Shown here: in pieces, positions 32,623-42,214 of the stretch
How the letters are laid out: every line of letters begins with the position of its first letter
Position numbering within the stretch: position 1 is the first letter of the stretch
Assembly (NCBI GenBank): GCA_002449265.1
Contig: DKCV01000025.1
Location: 79,955-143,954 of the forward strand
Reading direction: 5' to 3'
DNA length: 64,000 nucleotides
DNA from: Bacillales bacterium UBA6865
GTDB taxonomy: Bacteria > Bacillota_I > Bacilli_A > RFN20 > CAG-826
Notes under the pieces: generated by a model
The model's input: the letters and a program-made list of their open reading frames with translations, nothing else
Told to the model about the DNA's origin: nothing
The model's database searches: none
Made by a program: the position numbers and the translations under genes

Positions 32623-35065
32623 CGTCACCCTCTCCTTTTTCATCCGCGAAATATTTTTTGATTGTCTCAGAGTAGTCCACATAGTCTTCAGAGGCGTTAT
32701 GGTAACAAATATCTTTATAAGGGCAATAAACACAGCTAAGTCGCTTAGCATCAGGTTTAACACTCAAATTATCAATGCTCGTAGGAGCGATGGGGAATTT
32801 AGCGTCATCAATCGCGTGAATGACGTTTAATGAGGAAGAAATTGCATCGCTAAGAAGTTCGCTCAAAGTGTATTTTCTATCTTTTTTCCCATCGAGGACG
32901 CTTCCTTCGTTTGGTGTGATAAAACTGCCTTTCCCCGACAAGAAAATCCCTTTTCCCGTAGAAGTTAGATTACCTTTTTTCTCCACGAAAGAAGTTTCAT
33001 CCGCAAGATGCCAAAAGTCTTCGTTGTCAGAAGATAAAACGACGCCTTTAAAAGCGCTCTTCTTATAAAACGAGGATTCGGAAAGAGTGCCATCGCTATC
33101 GCCATAAGCGTTTTTTATCGTTGTAGCGTACATTTGCTGTATCCCAAAGCCAGCGAAAGAGGAATCCCCTACAAGTGATTCTTTGAGTTTCTCGTCTTTT
33201 TCAAAAGCAAAAAAATAAAGAGGCAATTGGCAACATTTCCCTAGGAAAACCGTCTTAGGGTCAAATTGCTCTAAACCAGTTTTGTAGTCGATTAAGTAAT
33301 AGTAAGTTTGCGAATCACCTTTGCCAAACTGAATAATTTTATCGATGCAGCCGCTGAAATGATATTTCTTTCCCTTATCTAATAAATCCCATTCTATCTT
33401 TTGCTCAGGGATTTCTTTTCGAATGGAACTTGCCATCTTCCAAGCACGAAGTTCAGAAACAATTCTTTTCAAATGAGGATAATATATTTTTAAATACGCT
33501 TCTTCTACTGGTCCGAATGTTTGACGATGGGAAAGCATATTTGTTTCATAAGCTTCTTTCCCTTTTTGGAAAGCCTCATCAAAAGAAAAATCGTCATCAT
33601 AGATGTGTTCCATCACTTTATGGATGAGGATGCCTAAATATAAAGCGTGGAAATCATCACTATTGGAAGGAAGAAGATCGCTCATTAAAAATTTAAAGGG
33701 ACAATTGATATAGCTTTCTAGTTTAGTAATCGAATAAGATTTTGTTTTAAAAGGAGAAACGTAGCCTTCGATTTTTCGATAAGAATGATCATAGGAACGG
33801 AATTCTTCGTGTGGTTTAAAATAGAAGGCGTCATCTAGTTCTTTTCCAATCAGCAATTCTCTTGCTTTGGAGGTATAAACGCCTTCCTCATTAAACGAAA
33901 TTCGCTCCGCTTTATTCTTTTTATAGAAGGGAAGTTCGTTACAAAACTGAGAAGGGTAAATCGATTCTTTAAGGTGCTCTTCTACGCTAGAAAGAAGTGC
34001 GATATTGGAATAACAGATATAATTGAGCTTTTTTCTTCGGTCCAAAGAAGTAAGAACGTAACTAGGGTTAATCGAAGCGCTAAGAAGTTCTTCATCGCTA
34101 AGAATATGATTATCCTCATGGGTTTTATAGAATGAACCATCCACAAAATCAGTGACATAAGTCAAAGAATCCAAATCAATCAATGAATCGACGCAAATCA
34201 TGACTCCTCTATCGCTTGTTGGGATAGCGTTAGACAAAGAAGAAAGCGCTTCTAAAAGCGAAGCATAGCCAACATCGAATGGCAAAGAAGATAGACCATA
34301 ATAATCAATAAGCTCCATTAATTTAGCAATTACAGGGTCCTTCTTTTCTTCTTCTAGAAAAATAAATGCTTTTTTTCCATGGATTTCTTGAATTTTCTTA
34401 CTTACAAGAGGGTTGCTGATAAAAGGACGAGTAACCGCCATAAAAGATTCAATATCAAATAAACTAGAACATAAATTCACGTAAAACAAATCGCTTTCAT
34501 TTTGAACGTGAATACGAATTTTATTTGCGTCTTCACCTTTTAATAGGCGGCGACGGATATCACTATAAATATAAGAAAATTGCTCAAATTTATTTTTAAA
34601 TGAAAACAAAGGAGGACGAGAACTATCTGGAGGGAAACGCATATTGATTCCTAAATCAGAAATGCTTAAATCGCGATAGGGAACCTTATTTCGTTTCGCT
34701 AAAGCGTGAAGCTCAATATCTTCGTTTAGCTCAAAAAAGCAAAGATCAGCTTGGCTTAATTCATATTTGCCATACGGATCGATTTTTAAATAGTCAGCGT
34801 CTTTTAATGCAGTATATAGTTCTTTTAATTTTTGATTTTTTTCCACTTCTCCTACAAGTAACGCCTTCATCGCCTTTTTCGCGCGGTCATAGTCGTAACC
34901 TAAGTGGATCAAAAAAGGGATAGGGTCTTTCTCGTAGGAAAAAGAAAGAAGAGAAGCAAACTCATCCGGATGAATGATTTTGATGGAAGAAGAAGGATGA
35001 GAATTTTTGTAGGAAAAGAGGATTGCATCATAATCTTTATCCGCAACAATAAGTGTTTTTTCCAT
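32612..35065 (-). CDS. addB: Helicase/nuclease subunit B (AddB/RexB), short form without Walker A
   Basis: C-terminal nuclease LIDYKTG and Fe-S cysteines (INCPFKF ... CVYCPYKDIC). Directly upstream of and overlapping addA. No GxxGxGK[ST] anywhere. Confidence 0.8.
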   Translation of the reverse strand: MEKTLIVADKDYDAILFSYKNSHPSSSIKIIHPDEFASLLSFSYEKDPIPFLIHLGYDYDRAKKAMKALLVGEVEKNQKLKELYTALKDADYLKIDPYGKYELSQADLCFFELNEDIELHALAKRNKVPYRDLSISDLGINMRFPPDSSRPPLFSFKNKFEQFSYIYSDIRRRLLKGEDANKIRIHVQNESDLFYVNLCSSLFDIESFMAVTRPFISNPLVSKKIQEIHGKKAFIFLEEEKKDPVIAKLMELIDYYGLSSLPFDVGYASLLEALSSLSNAIPTSDRGVMICVDSLIDLDSLTYVTDFVDGSFYKTHEDNHILSDEELLSASINPSYVLTSLDRRKKLNYICYSNIALLSSVEEHLKESIYPSQFCNELPFYKKNKAERISFNEEGVYTSKARELLIGKELDDAFYFKPHEEFRSYDHSYRKIEGYVSPFKTKSYSITKLESYINCPFKFLMSDLLPSNSDDFHALYLGILIHKVMEHIYDDDFSFDEAFQKGKEAYETNMLSHRQTFGPVEEAYLKIYYPHLKRIVSELRAWKMASSIRKEIPEQKIEWDLLDKGKKYHFSGCIDKIIQFGKGDSQTYYYLIDYKTGLEQFDPKTVFLGKCCQLPLYFFAFEKDEKLKESLVGDSSFAGFGIQQMYATTIKNAYGDSDGTLSESSFYKKSAFKGVVLSSDNEDFWHLADETSFVEKKGNLTSTGKGIFLSGKGSFITPNEGSVLDGKKDRKYTLSELLSDAISSSLNVIHAIDDAKFPIAPTSIDNLSVKPDAKRLSCVYCPYKDICYHNASEDYVDYSETIKKYFADEKGEGDDGK

Positions 35066-35144
35066 CCTAAAATTCCTCGTCGAATTATTTTACTTCTTAT
35101 ACTCCCCTCTTTAAAAGCAATTGCCGAACTTTTTATACTTTATT

Positions 35145-35166
35145 AAATAGAAATGATTTTCTATTT
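35145..35166. promoter_or_regulatory. 9-bp inverted repeat AAATAGAAA-TGAT-TTTCTATTT upstream of the ABC operon
   Basis: Perfect arms. It overlaps a TTGCCG-17nt-TAAATA promoter-like element (35121-35149). Confidence 0.3.
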
Positions 35167-35202
35167 CTTTCCGTTTATCATTATATTTTAAGAGGTTTTC
35201 TT

Positions 35203-35907
35203 ATGGGCGTTATCATGGAGGCAAAAAACTTACGAAAGGAATTCGGAGAGACGCAAAATAAGGTTGTTGCTTTATCCGATGTTTCTTTCTCGATCAATGA
35301 GGGAGAGCTCGTCATTATCGTTGGCCCCTCTGGAGCAGGAAAAAGCACATTGCTCAACCTCATCGGAGGAATGGATGCCCCAACAAGCGGATCTTTATTC
35401 GTAAACGGAAAAGATGTTGCAAAATATTCCTCTCATGAACGAACCAATTATCGAAGAAACGAAGTCGGCTTTGTTTTTCAATTCTATAACCTCATGCCAA
35501 ATCTTACCGCAAAAGAGAATCTAGAACTTGCTGCCGAATTAAAAAAAGATGCGCTTAATTTAGAAGAAACACTCATTAAGGTTGGGCTAAAAGATAGGAT
35601 GAATAATTTCCCAAGTCAACTATCAGGAGGAGAGCAGCAGCGTGTCTCCATTGCTCGAGCGATTGCTAAAAACCCAAAAATCATTCTTTGTGATGAGCCA
35701 ACTGGCGCCTTGGATTACGAAACAGGGAAAGAGATTCTTTCTCTACTTTCCGACGCTGCCCGAAAAGAAAAGAAAACCGTTATCATCGTAACGCACAACA
35801 GTGCCTTAAAAGATATGGGCGATCACCTCATTAAAATCAAAAACGGGAAAATCGTTCTTGATGAGCATAACTCCCATCCAAAAAATATTAAGGAGATTGA
35901 GTGGTGA
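35203..35907 (+). CDS. ABC transporter ATP-binding protein (MacB/FtsE/LolD-like)
   Basis: [18 protein letters not shown] and [11 protein letters not shown] motifs. Confidence 0.9.
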   Translation: MGVIMEAKNLRKEFGETQNKVVALSDVSFSINEGELVIIVGPSGAGKSTLLNLIGGMDAPTSGSLFVNGKDVAKYSSHERTNYRRNEVGFVFQFYNLMPNLTAKENLELAAELKKDALNLEETLIKVGLKDRMNNFPSQLSGGEQQRVSIARAIAKNPKIILCDEPTGALDYETGKEILSLLSDAARKEKKTVIIVTHNSALKDMGDHLIKIKNGKIVLDEHNSHPKNIKEIEW

Positions 35908-37760
35908 AAGCGTTCACGAAGACAGTTTTTCGTACCTTCTTTTCCAATAAAGGAAGGTTTTTGGCAAATTTTCTTGTTGTTTTTCTTTCTTTAGCAATCA
36001 CCGCAGGATTAGGAGCTCTTCCACCATCTTTTAAAGTGAGTTTTTTGAATAATTATGAAAAAGAGAACGTTCCTGATGTCATCGCTAAATACAAGACGGA
36101 AGCGTTCTTAAACCCTCCTTCTTTTGATGAAACGCCCAATATTAAAAAAATTGAAGGGTTTACTTCCATTGATTACGAAAACGAAAATGATGAATATTCC
36201 CGCATTTATTGGCTGGATTTTAAAAATAGTGAATTGATGACCCCTTCTTTAATCGAAGGGAATCTACCAAAAGAAAAGAACGAAATCCTTTCGCTAAAAG
36301 GTAGTCTTAACCGTCATGAATATAAAGTCGGCGATGTTGTTTCTATGGCTCCCTATTCTTTTCTTAGCGCTTATTCTCCTATGCCGATTTGGAGCGAGAA
36401 AAGTGACTATAAAATCGTAGGGATTGTGGAATCACCACTTTATGCATCGGTCGCTAAAGAAAGAGCCTATATCGAGGGTGACGAAGAAAAATACGTTTCT
36501 TCTATCTTTTATTTCGACACGAACACCTTGCCATCCATATTGAGTCAACAATTGCCAAAAACAGACCAAGCGATTCAATTAGATATCTCACATAATTACA
36601 TGACGGAGGCCTATAAAAACGAAGTCGATAACTGGAAAGATTCTTTAGATTCATCTACGAAAGACAAAGTTTCTTTTCTCACTTTAGAAGAAAATACCTC
36701 TTACGCCTTATTTAAAAACTACAACGAAAAAGTGAGCAAAATCGCCGCAATATTTCCTTTGTTTTTCATTTCCGTATGCGCACTTGTGAATTTATTAACG
36801 GTCACGCGTCTGGTGAAAGACGAAAGAAGCGCGATTGGTTGCTATAGATCGCTTGGCGGAAGCAAAGGGAAAATCATCGCTAAGTATTCTCTATTCACGC
36901 TCCTTTCAACAGGTCTAGGCGCCCTAAGCGGTTATTTAGCGGGCACCCCACTTCTACCGATGGTCGTTCTTCCTGCTTATGGTGCAGTCTTTGAGATGAA
37001 GCCCTATCCGATCGATATGTACAATTTAGTCGGCGCAATTGTCGCAGTTACGACAGTATTGCTTTCTTTATTAATCGCGATTGCTTCCTCTCTACTTTAT
37101 TTAAAAGAGACGCCCGCTAGCTTACTAAAAGAAAAAGCCCCGAAAGCCGGAAAGAAGATCTGGTTAGAGAGAATACCTTTCTTATGGAAAAGAATACCTT
37201 TCTCCTTCAAAAATAGTTTTCGTAATATTTTCCGTCAAAAGAAAAATTCATCGTTAACGGCCTTATCGGTTTTAGGATCGACAATTCTAATTCTTATCGG
37301 TTTCTCATTGCTCGATGTTTCAAAAGCGTTAGAGAATGATGATTTATACGCGAATGTCGCAAGTTCAATGGGTGCGATTTCTTTCGTTGTCATCGTTTTC
37401 GCAATCTCAATGTCAATCACCGTTATTTACTCATTAGCGAACATGAATATCCAGGATCGTCAAAGAGAATTAGCGACATTAAAAGTGCTTGGCTATCACA
37501 ATAAAGAATGCTCCGCCTATACTTTCCGCGAAATCTTGATGATTTCTTTACTCGCTAGTTTATTAGGATTGCCTTTGGGGGCGGCGCTTATCGCTTGGGT
37601 ATTTTCTTACTTAGGGTTCGGAAGTATCGCGGACGTGAAATGGTATAGCTACTTGCTTAGCTTCGTGATTATCACGTTAGCGACAATCCTCGTAAATAGG
37701 CTCCTCACCCCAAAAATCAAGGCGATTGACATGAACGCATCATTAAAATCGTTAGAATAG
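35901..37760 (+). CDS. FtsX-family ABC permease with two FtsX modules and a large extracytoplasmic domain
   Basis: TM1, then a ~230-aa loop, then 4 TM; a second FtsX-type 4-TM block lies at the C-terminus. GTG start overlaps the ATPase stop. Confidence 0.8.
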   Translation: MVKAFTKTVFRTFFSNKGRFLANFLVVFLSLAITAGLGALPPSFKVSFLNNYEKENVPDVIAKYKTEAFLNPPSFDETPNIKKIEGFTSIDYENENDEYSRIYWLDFKNSELMTPSLIEGNLPKEKNEILSLKGSLNRHEYKVGDVVSMAPYSFLSAYSPMPIWSEKSDYKIVGIVESPLYASVAKERAYIEGDEEKYVSSIFYFDTNTLPSILSQQLPKTDQAIQLDISHNYMTEAYKNEVDNWKDSLDSSTKDKVSFLTLEENTSYALFKNYNEKVSKIAAIFPLFFISVCALVNLLTVTRLVKDERSAIGCYRSLGGSKGKIIAKYSLFTLLSTGLGALSGYLAGTPLLPMVVLPAYGAVFEMKPYPIDMYNLVGAIVAVTTVLLSLLIAIASSLLYLKETPASLLKEKAPKAGKKIWLERIPFLWKRIPFSFKNSFRNIFRQKKNSSLTALSVLGSTILILIGFSLLDVSKALENDDLYANVASSMGAISFVVIVFAISMSITVIYSLANMNIQDRQRELATLKVLGYHNKECSAYTFREILMISLLASLLGLPLGAALIAWVFSYLGFGSIADVKWYSYLLSFVIITLATILVNRLLTPKIKAIDMNASLKSLE

Positions 37761-37846
37761 ACGAACTTCTTTTATTAAAAAAGCGTTTTTTAAGCTAATC
37801 TGATTTTTTTGAGGCATAATATTGAGTTAAATTTAGAGGCAAGTTT

Positions 37847-38974
37847 ATGGAAACAGGCAAAAATCAATCCTACAATCGAAGCAAGAACAACCACCTTGTC
37901 TTGAATTATTTACGAGACCATGGAATGGCTAGTGCTACCACTTTAGCGGCTGCGCTTAATTTATCGAACGCTGCGCTAAGCTCTATTCTAAAAAACCTTG
38001 TCGAAAAAGGTTTCATTAAGGAAAGTGCGAAACACTCTGTCGCAGGAAAGGGCAGAAAACAAGTCGATTACACATTAAACGACCACTCTTGCTTAATGGC
38101 GTTAATCAATATCCAATTAGGCGGATATCATATCGAACTAGCAAATATCAAAGAGGAAATCCTCGTAGATGAAAATTTTGAGGCTGACCATTATGATGAG
38201 AAGACATTCGAAAGCATGATGAATGAGCTTGATCGCCTTACCCATCTAAAAGAATATGAAGACATCCCTTTAAAATTAATCATTGTCTCTGCGCCAGGAA
38301 AAGTAGATGTCAAAGAACAAGTCATTCATTCCTTTGTATTAACGCATCCTATCTATGAAGGAAGAGGCTGGCTTGAGGCGATAGAAAAGCGTTTCCCTAC
38401 TAGCGAAGTGATGGTTGGAAACATCTTATCGTTTGCAATGCATGGCGAAGTTCAATACGGCGCAGCAAAAGATAAAGGCGCAGCAATCCTTATTTCTAAT
38501 GAATCTACGATTTGGGGTTCTATCGCGGTAGATAAACGCGTATTCGTCGGGGAAGATGGCTACGCAGGCGATTTCGGGGCAATTCCGGTTATGTTTAATG
38601 GAAACTGCCAACCTCTAGCCTCTTTTGCCTCCGTTGAAGGGCTAAAGAAACATTTTGGATTTGATAGCTTTGATGAACTAGTTAAAGCATATCAAGAAAA
38701 AGAAGCAGTCAAATCCTATGTTCTTAGCACCGCAATAGTCTCAGGCTTACTTTATTATTCGGCCGCTAGACTACTCAACATAACCTCCGTCATCTTAACG
38801 GGTAATGCCGTAAAATTCGGTGACGAATATTTATCCACAATCCGTAAGGCATTTGAAAACGCGGATTTTAAAACGAACGTCATCGTAAGCAAATTGAATA
38901 AAGAGTCCATTGCTCTTGGAGCATTTTATGTCGGTGCAATCCGCCTTCTAAACGAAGAATCGAAAATCGAATAA
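37847..38974 (+). CDS. ROK-family transcriptional regulator (NagC/XylR-like)
   Basis: N-terminal winged HTH (NHLVLNYLRDHGMASATTLAAALNLSNAALSSILKNL) and a sugar-kinase-like body with GEDGYAGDFG. Confidence 0.8.
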   Translation: METGKNQSYNRSKNNHLVLNYLRDHGMASATTLAAALNLSNAALSSILKNLVEKGFIKESAKHSVAGKGRKQVDYTLNDHSCLMALINIQLGGYHIELANIKEEILVDENFEADHYDEKTFESMMNELDRLTHLKEYEDIPLKLIIVSAPGKVDVKEQVIHSFVLTHPIYEGRGWLEAIEKRFPTSEVMVGNILSFAMHGEVQYGAAKDKGAAILISNESTIWGSIAVDKRVFVGEDGYAGDFGAIPVMFNGNCQPLASFASVEGLKKHFGFDSFDELVKAYQEKEAVKSYVLSTAIVSGLLYYSAARLLNITSVILTGNAVKFGDEYLSTIRKAFENADFKTNVIVSKLNKESIALGAFYVGAIRLLNEESKIE

Positions 38975-39031
38975 TTTCAAAATCCTTGTCAATCTCGCTT
39001 AAATTAATTGATAAAACATTTTAGAGAAAGA

Positions 39032-39067
39032 AAAGGCTATTAAGAAGCGTAAATCCTAATAGCCTTT
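39032..39067. terminator. Bidirectional Rho-independent terminator between convergent genes
   Basis: AAAGGCTATTA ... TAATAGCCTTT 11-bp stem, flanked by an A-run on the left and a T-run on the right. Confidence 0.8.
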
Positions 39068-39071
39068 TCGT

Positions 39072-39734
39072 TTATATATCCACCTTTTGGAAATTCTTCT
39101 CTGATAATTTAGCCGCTAATAGAGAAAAGAGAACAAAAATAGTTATGCCAACTAGAAGAATTCCTAATTGCACCAAAAGATTAACACCAGAAAAAGTGTT
39201 AATGTAAGTCGATGCACCCGGAACGGCCATAAATATAGCCATAACCCCACCCATAAGAATCATGGTTAATAATGTTCCAATGACGAATGGCATTGTGCTT
39301 TTCCCATCCGCTTTTTTATAAAACCAAGGCAGGACGATGAGATTAAATACGCCAAATAGAAGGAAAACAAAGCCATACATCGCAAAATTAATACCGAGTT
39401 CTGGATATGTAGCGATTTCTTCTCCTCCGCTTAAGAAAAACACTTTAATCAAAGCAAAAGGAATCGAGACAAGAATGGTTAATAGTTCTAAAAAGCAAAG
39501 AAGAACGGTTTTGCCTCTAGGAATATCTCGTTTTCGAATTGGTAAAGTCGAAGTATAAAGAACATCACGGTTCGCAGCCCCTAAGGAAAAAATAACGGAA
39601 AGGCCCGCTAAAGGATAGAAAAAAGAAACTAAGCTTGGCCAAGAAGGAATAAAAATCAGCACCGAAAGAAAGACGAAAATCCAAGTTTGAACCGGAACCG
39701 ATAGTTTTAATTCTTTATAAAGGAGATTCTTCAT
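39072..39734 (-). CDS. ABC-2-type transporter permease
   Basis: MKNLLYKELKL N-terminus and 6 TM. ATG 39734 is preceded by AAGGGGG. Confidence 0.7.
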   Translation of the reverse strand: MKNLLYKELKLSVPVQTWIFVFLSVLIFIPSWPSLVSFFYPLAGLSVIFSLGAANRDVLYTSTLPIRKRDIPRGKTVLLCFLELLTILVSIPFALIKVFFLSGGEEIATYPELGINFAMYGFVFLLFGVFNLIVLPWFYKKADGKSTMPFVIGTLLTMILMGGVMAIFMAVPGASTYINTFSGVNLLVQLGILLVGITIFVLFSLLAAKLSEKNFQKVDI

Positions 39735-40581
39735 TGTTTTGCCCCCTTTCTTCGGCAATCATGATTTCTTCTAAAGACGCTTCACGTAATTTTTCATTCG
39801 AGAAAAGAGATTTGTTTTCTTTTTTGATGACACCTTCAAAGTGGGAATAATCCTTTTGAGTAAAATGGAGAATCGCGCTTTCTTGAGTAAAAGAAAGCTT
39901 TTCCCCTTCAACATAAAGATAATCGTCTTTAAAAGAATTCACGTCTTTGAAAGCCAAAATCGAACCATTTTTGATATAGACGATTCGGTCAGCGCACTTT
40001 TCAAGATCACTAATGACGTGCGTACTAAATAGAATAGATGTCCCTTTCTTTCTAGCGATTTCTTTTAAAGAATCAAGAAGCTCGTCGCGACTCACGGGGT
40101 CAAGCCCGCTTGTTGGCTCATCTAAAAGCAATAAAGAAGCATTATGGCTTAAAGCAACGGCTAAACCATATTTAACCTTCATCCCATTAGATAATTCTTT
40201 GATGCGTTTATTTTCATCGATTGAAAAGAATTTTAACCACTTCTCATAAAGCGCTTGATCCCAATTTTGATAAAAACGACGCGTCACAGAGGTAAGAGTC
40301 TTCACTTTTTGGGATGGATAAAAATCAATCCCGCCAAAGAGGATGCTTATGCTTTCTTTGATTTTCTCCTCATCGGTCTTAATTTCCTTCCCATCGAAGA
40401 TAATCGCGCCAGAATCTTTCTCAATTAACCCAGCGATGGCTTTGATGGTCGTAGTCTTACCAGCTCCGTTTCTACCGATAAATCCAGTAATTTCTCCCTT
40501 TTTCAATGTAAAAGAAACATCTTGAAGAGAAAAGTTTGGATAATGTTTCGCAATGTTTTTTATTTCTAATATGTCATCCAT
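39715..40581 (-). CDS. ABC transporter ATP-binding protein (ABC-2 subfamily)
   Basis: GRNGAGKTT, LSNGMKVK and LLLLDEPTSGLD motifs. Confidence 0.9.
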   Translation of the reverse strand: MDDILEIKNIAKHYPNFSLQDVSFTLKKGEITGFIGRNGAGKTTTIKAIAGLIEKDSGAIIFDGKEIKTDEEKIKESISILFGGIDFYPSQKVKTLTSVTRRFYQNWDQALYEKWLKFFSIDENKRIKELSNGMKVKYGLAVALSHNASLLLLDEPTSGLDPVSRDELLDSLKEIARKKGTSILFSTHVISDLEKCADRIVYIKNGSILAFKDVNSFKDDYLYVEGEKLSFTQESAILHFTQKDYSHFEGVIKKENKSLFSNEKLREASLEEIMIAEERGQNNEESPL

Positions 40582-40620
40582 TAGCTATCCTCGCCTTCTA
40601 AATCGTTAAGTCGCAATCGC

Positions 40621-40683
40621 TTTTGATTCGTGTTAAAGAGAATTTATAGGCTAAGGTTATTCTCTAACAATCGAAAATCAAAA
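40621..40683. promoter_or_regulatory. Nested inverted repeats in the 5' leader of the ABC-2 operon
   Basis: TTTTGATT (40621-40628) pairs with AATCAAAA (40676-40683). They enclose AGAGAAT (40637-40643) and ATTCTCT (40659-40665). Confidence 0.35.
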
Positions 40684-40824
40684 TTTAGCTTATATCGTAA
40701 CTAGTTTCCATATCAACGATATATTTACATAAACTTTTGCCGTAACAAGTATAAAGAAAAAGGGTGAAAAACAAAAGAAGGGCCTAAAGCATTTCTACTT
40801 TAATATCCCTTCCTAAACGCAAAT

Positions 40825-41235
40825 TTATTTCGCGACAGTTGGCTCACTAGGAACTTCTTTGGCTTTTTCTTCTGTAATAGATTCACCATTAAGAACTTGT
40901 AAGCGCTGTGCGCGACGTAATTCTCTTTCTTCATCAGCGTCCGTTTTCTTCGCGTAATGATTCAATGTAATCACCGCAAGCAAGGAGCCAATTAATAAAG
41001 CGATAACGCCAAGCCAACGAAACGTAAGAGGAGTATGAGAGAAGCTCATCCAAGCTTGTTCTTGCTTGGCAAGGAAATTCTCGCTGTATTTTGAAGGAAG
41101 ATAATCGCTTACGATTCCTAAAACTAGAAGCGTAAATCCAGCAAGACCAAAAACGGATTCAATCGTAATCCAAATTCGTTCTCCAATGGAGATTTTTCGC
41201 GTTTTTTTCTTTTCTACGACTTCGTTCATAATCAT
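40825..41235 (-). CDS. Hypothetical 2-TM membrane protein with a charged C-terminal tail
   Basis: Two hydrophobic helices. Located 12 nt downstream of the 312-aa ORF. Terminator-like hairpin GAAGGG...CCCTTC plus a T-run follows at about 40770-40815 (minus strand). Confidence 0.5.
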   Translation of the reverse strand: MIMNEVVEKKKTRKISIGERIWITIESVFGLAGFTLLVLGIVSDYLPSKYSENFLAKQEQAWMSFSHTPLTFRWLGVIALLIGSLLAVITLNHYAKKTDADEERELRRAQRLQVLNGESITEEKAKEVPSEPTVAK

Positions 41236-41247
41236 CTACCTTAAATA

Positions 41248-42186
41248 TTAGGCTTTTGGCATGCCGGTGTGAGGATCGAGTTCAACTGGTTCTTCGTTCG
41301 TTTCTACTTTTGTAGTAGCCTTTTGGGCATCTAGAGGTTGAGCATCTGGTTTAATCTTATTGTCATTAGCCTTTGCTTGCTCAATGAGCTCATTGATAAG
41401 AGGGACATAGACCGTGCGGAATGCAGGTTCGACTTCTTTCACATAATTAGCGATAGTTTGTTGCGTTTCTGCGATGACTTGGCCAAAGTTCTTGCCCGTA
41501 GGAAGATCGCGGCGTCCAGTCATATTCTCAACAAGGTCAAAGACTTTGTCTTGCATCGTCATATAAGAATTGTCCGTGAGTTTGGCGTTGCCACGAACTT
41601 GGCTAAGAAGCCCGATGACTGAGCTAATATCATTACCAATGAACTTGCTAGCAGCAGTTTCCGCGCCGTTAGCGTCACGTCTAGCTTGGTTATAGTCACC
41701 AAAGAGTTTCACGAGCTCATTGGTTAAAGTCATATAAGCAACGGCGCGATATAGTCTTTCTTCAGCGAGGTCAACTTCTTGCGCTGCTTTGACATCGATA
41801 TTGCGGTTATGAGCATCGTTAATGATACCTTGGATCATGGCTTCAACGTTTTCGTGAGTTGGGATAACGCCTTGGAAAATAGCAAGGTGTTGAGCGTGAT
41901 CAACTCTTAAGCCATCTTCGGCAAGTTTAAGAATGGTGCTATCATCGCCATAAACCTGGTTATACCAATTGCGGACCATTTCTTCGAATTTTTTACCGGT
42001 CTCACCACTATTATCAATGATGGAGCGGAGTGGGGTTGGTTCGTTAAGTTCGACTAAGATCGAGCGCTTTTTCTCATTAAAAAGAGCGGTATCATATTGC
42101 TCTTTATTCAACGTATATTCCATGGTGTCGCGAACGACTACCTTATAGTGAATAAGCGTCGTAATCACTTCTGAGATTTGATTCAT
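41248..42186 (-). CDS. Hypothetical 312-aa soluble helical protein
   Basis: Long ORF with GAAGGA SD. No motif recognised. Confidence 0.55.
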   Translation of the reverse strand: MNQISEVITTLIHYKVVVRDTMEYTLNKEQYDTALFNEKKRSILVELNEPTPLRSIIDNSGETGKKFEEMVRNWYNQVYGDDSTILKLAEDGLRVDHAQHLAIFQGVIPTHENVEAMIQGIINDAHNRNIDVKAAQEVDLAEERLYRAVAYMTLTNELVKLFGDYNQARRDANGAETAASKFIGNDISSVIGLLSQVRGNAKLTDNSYMTMQDKVFDLVENMTGRRDLPTGKNFGQVIAETQQTIANYVKEVEPAFRTVYVPLINELIEQAKANDNKIKPDAQPLDAQKATTKVETNEEPVELDPHTGMPKA

Positions 42187-42214
42187 ATTGTATTCCTTCT
42201 TTCTGGTTTTAAGC

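Noticed and set aside
32623-32763. 47-aa N-terminal extension of addA
   Set aside because: It overlaps the addB 3' end. ATG 32622 has a GGAGAGGG SD sequence and places the UvrD Walker A at the usual distance from the N-terminus.
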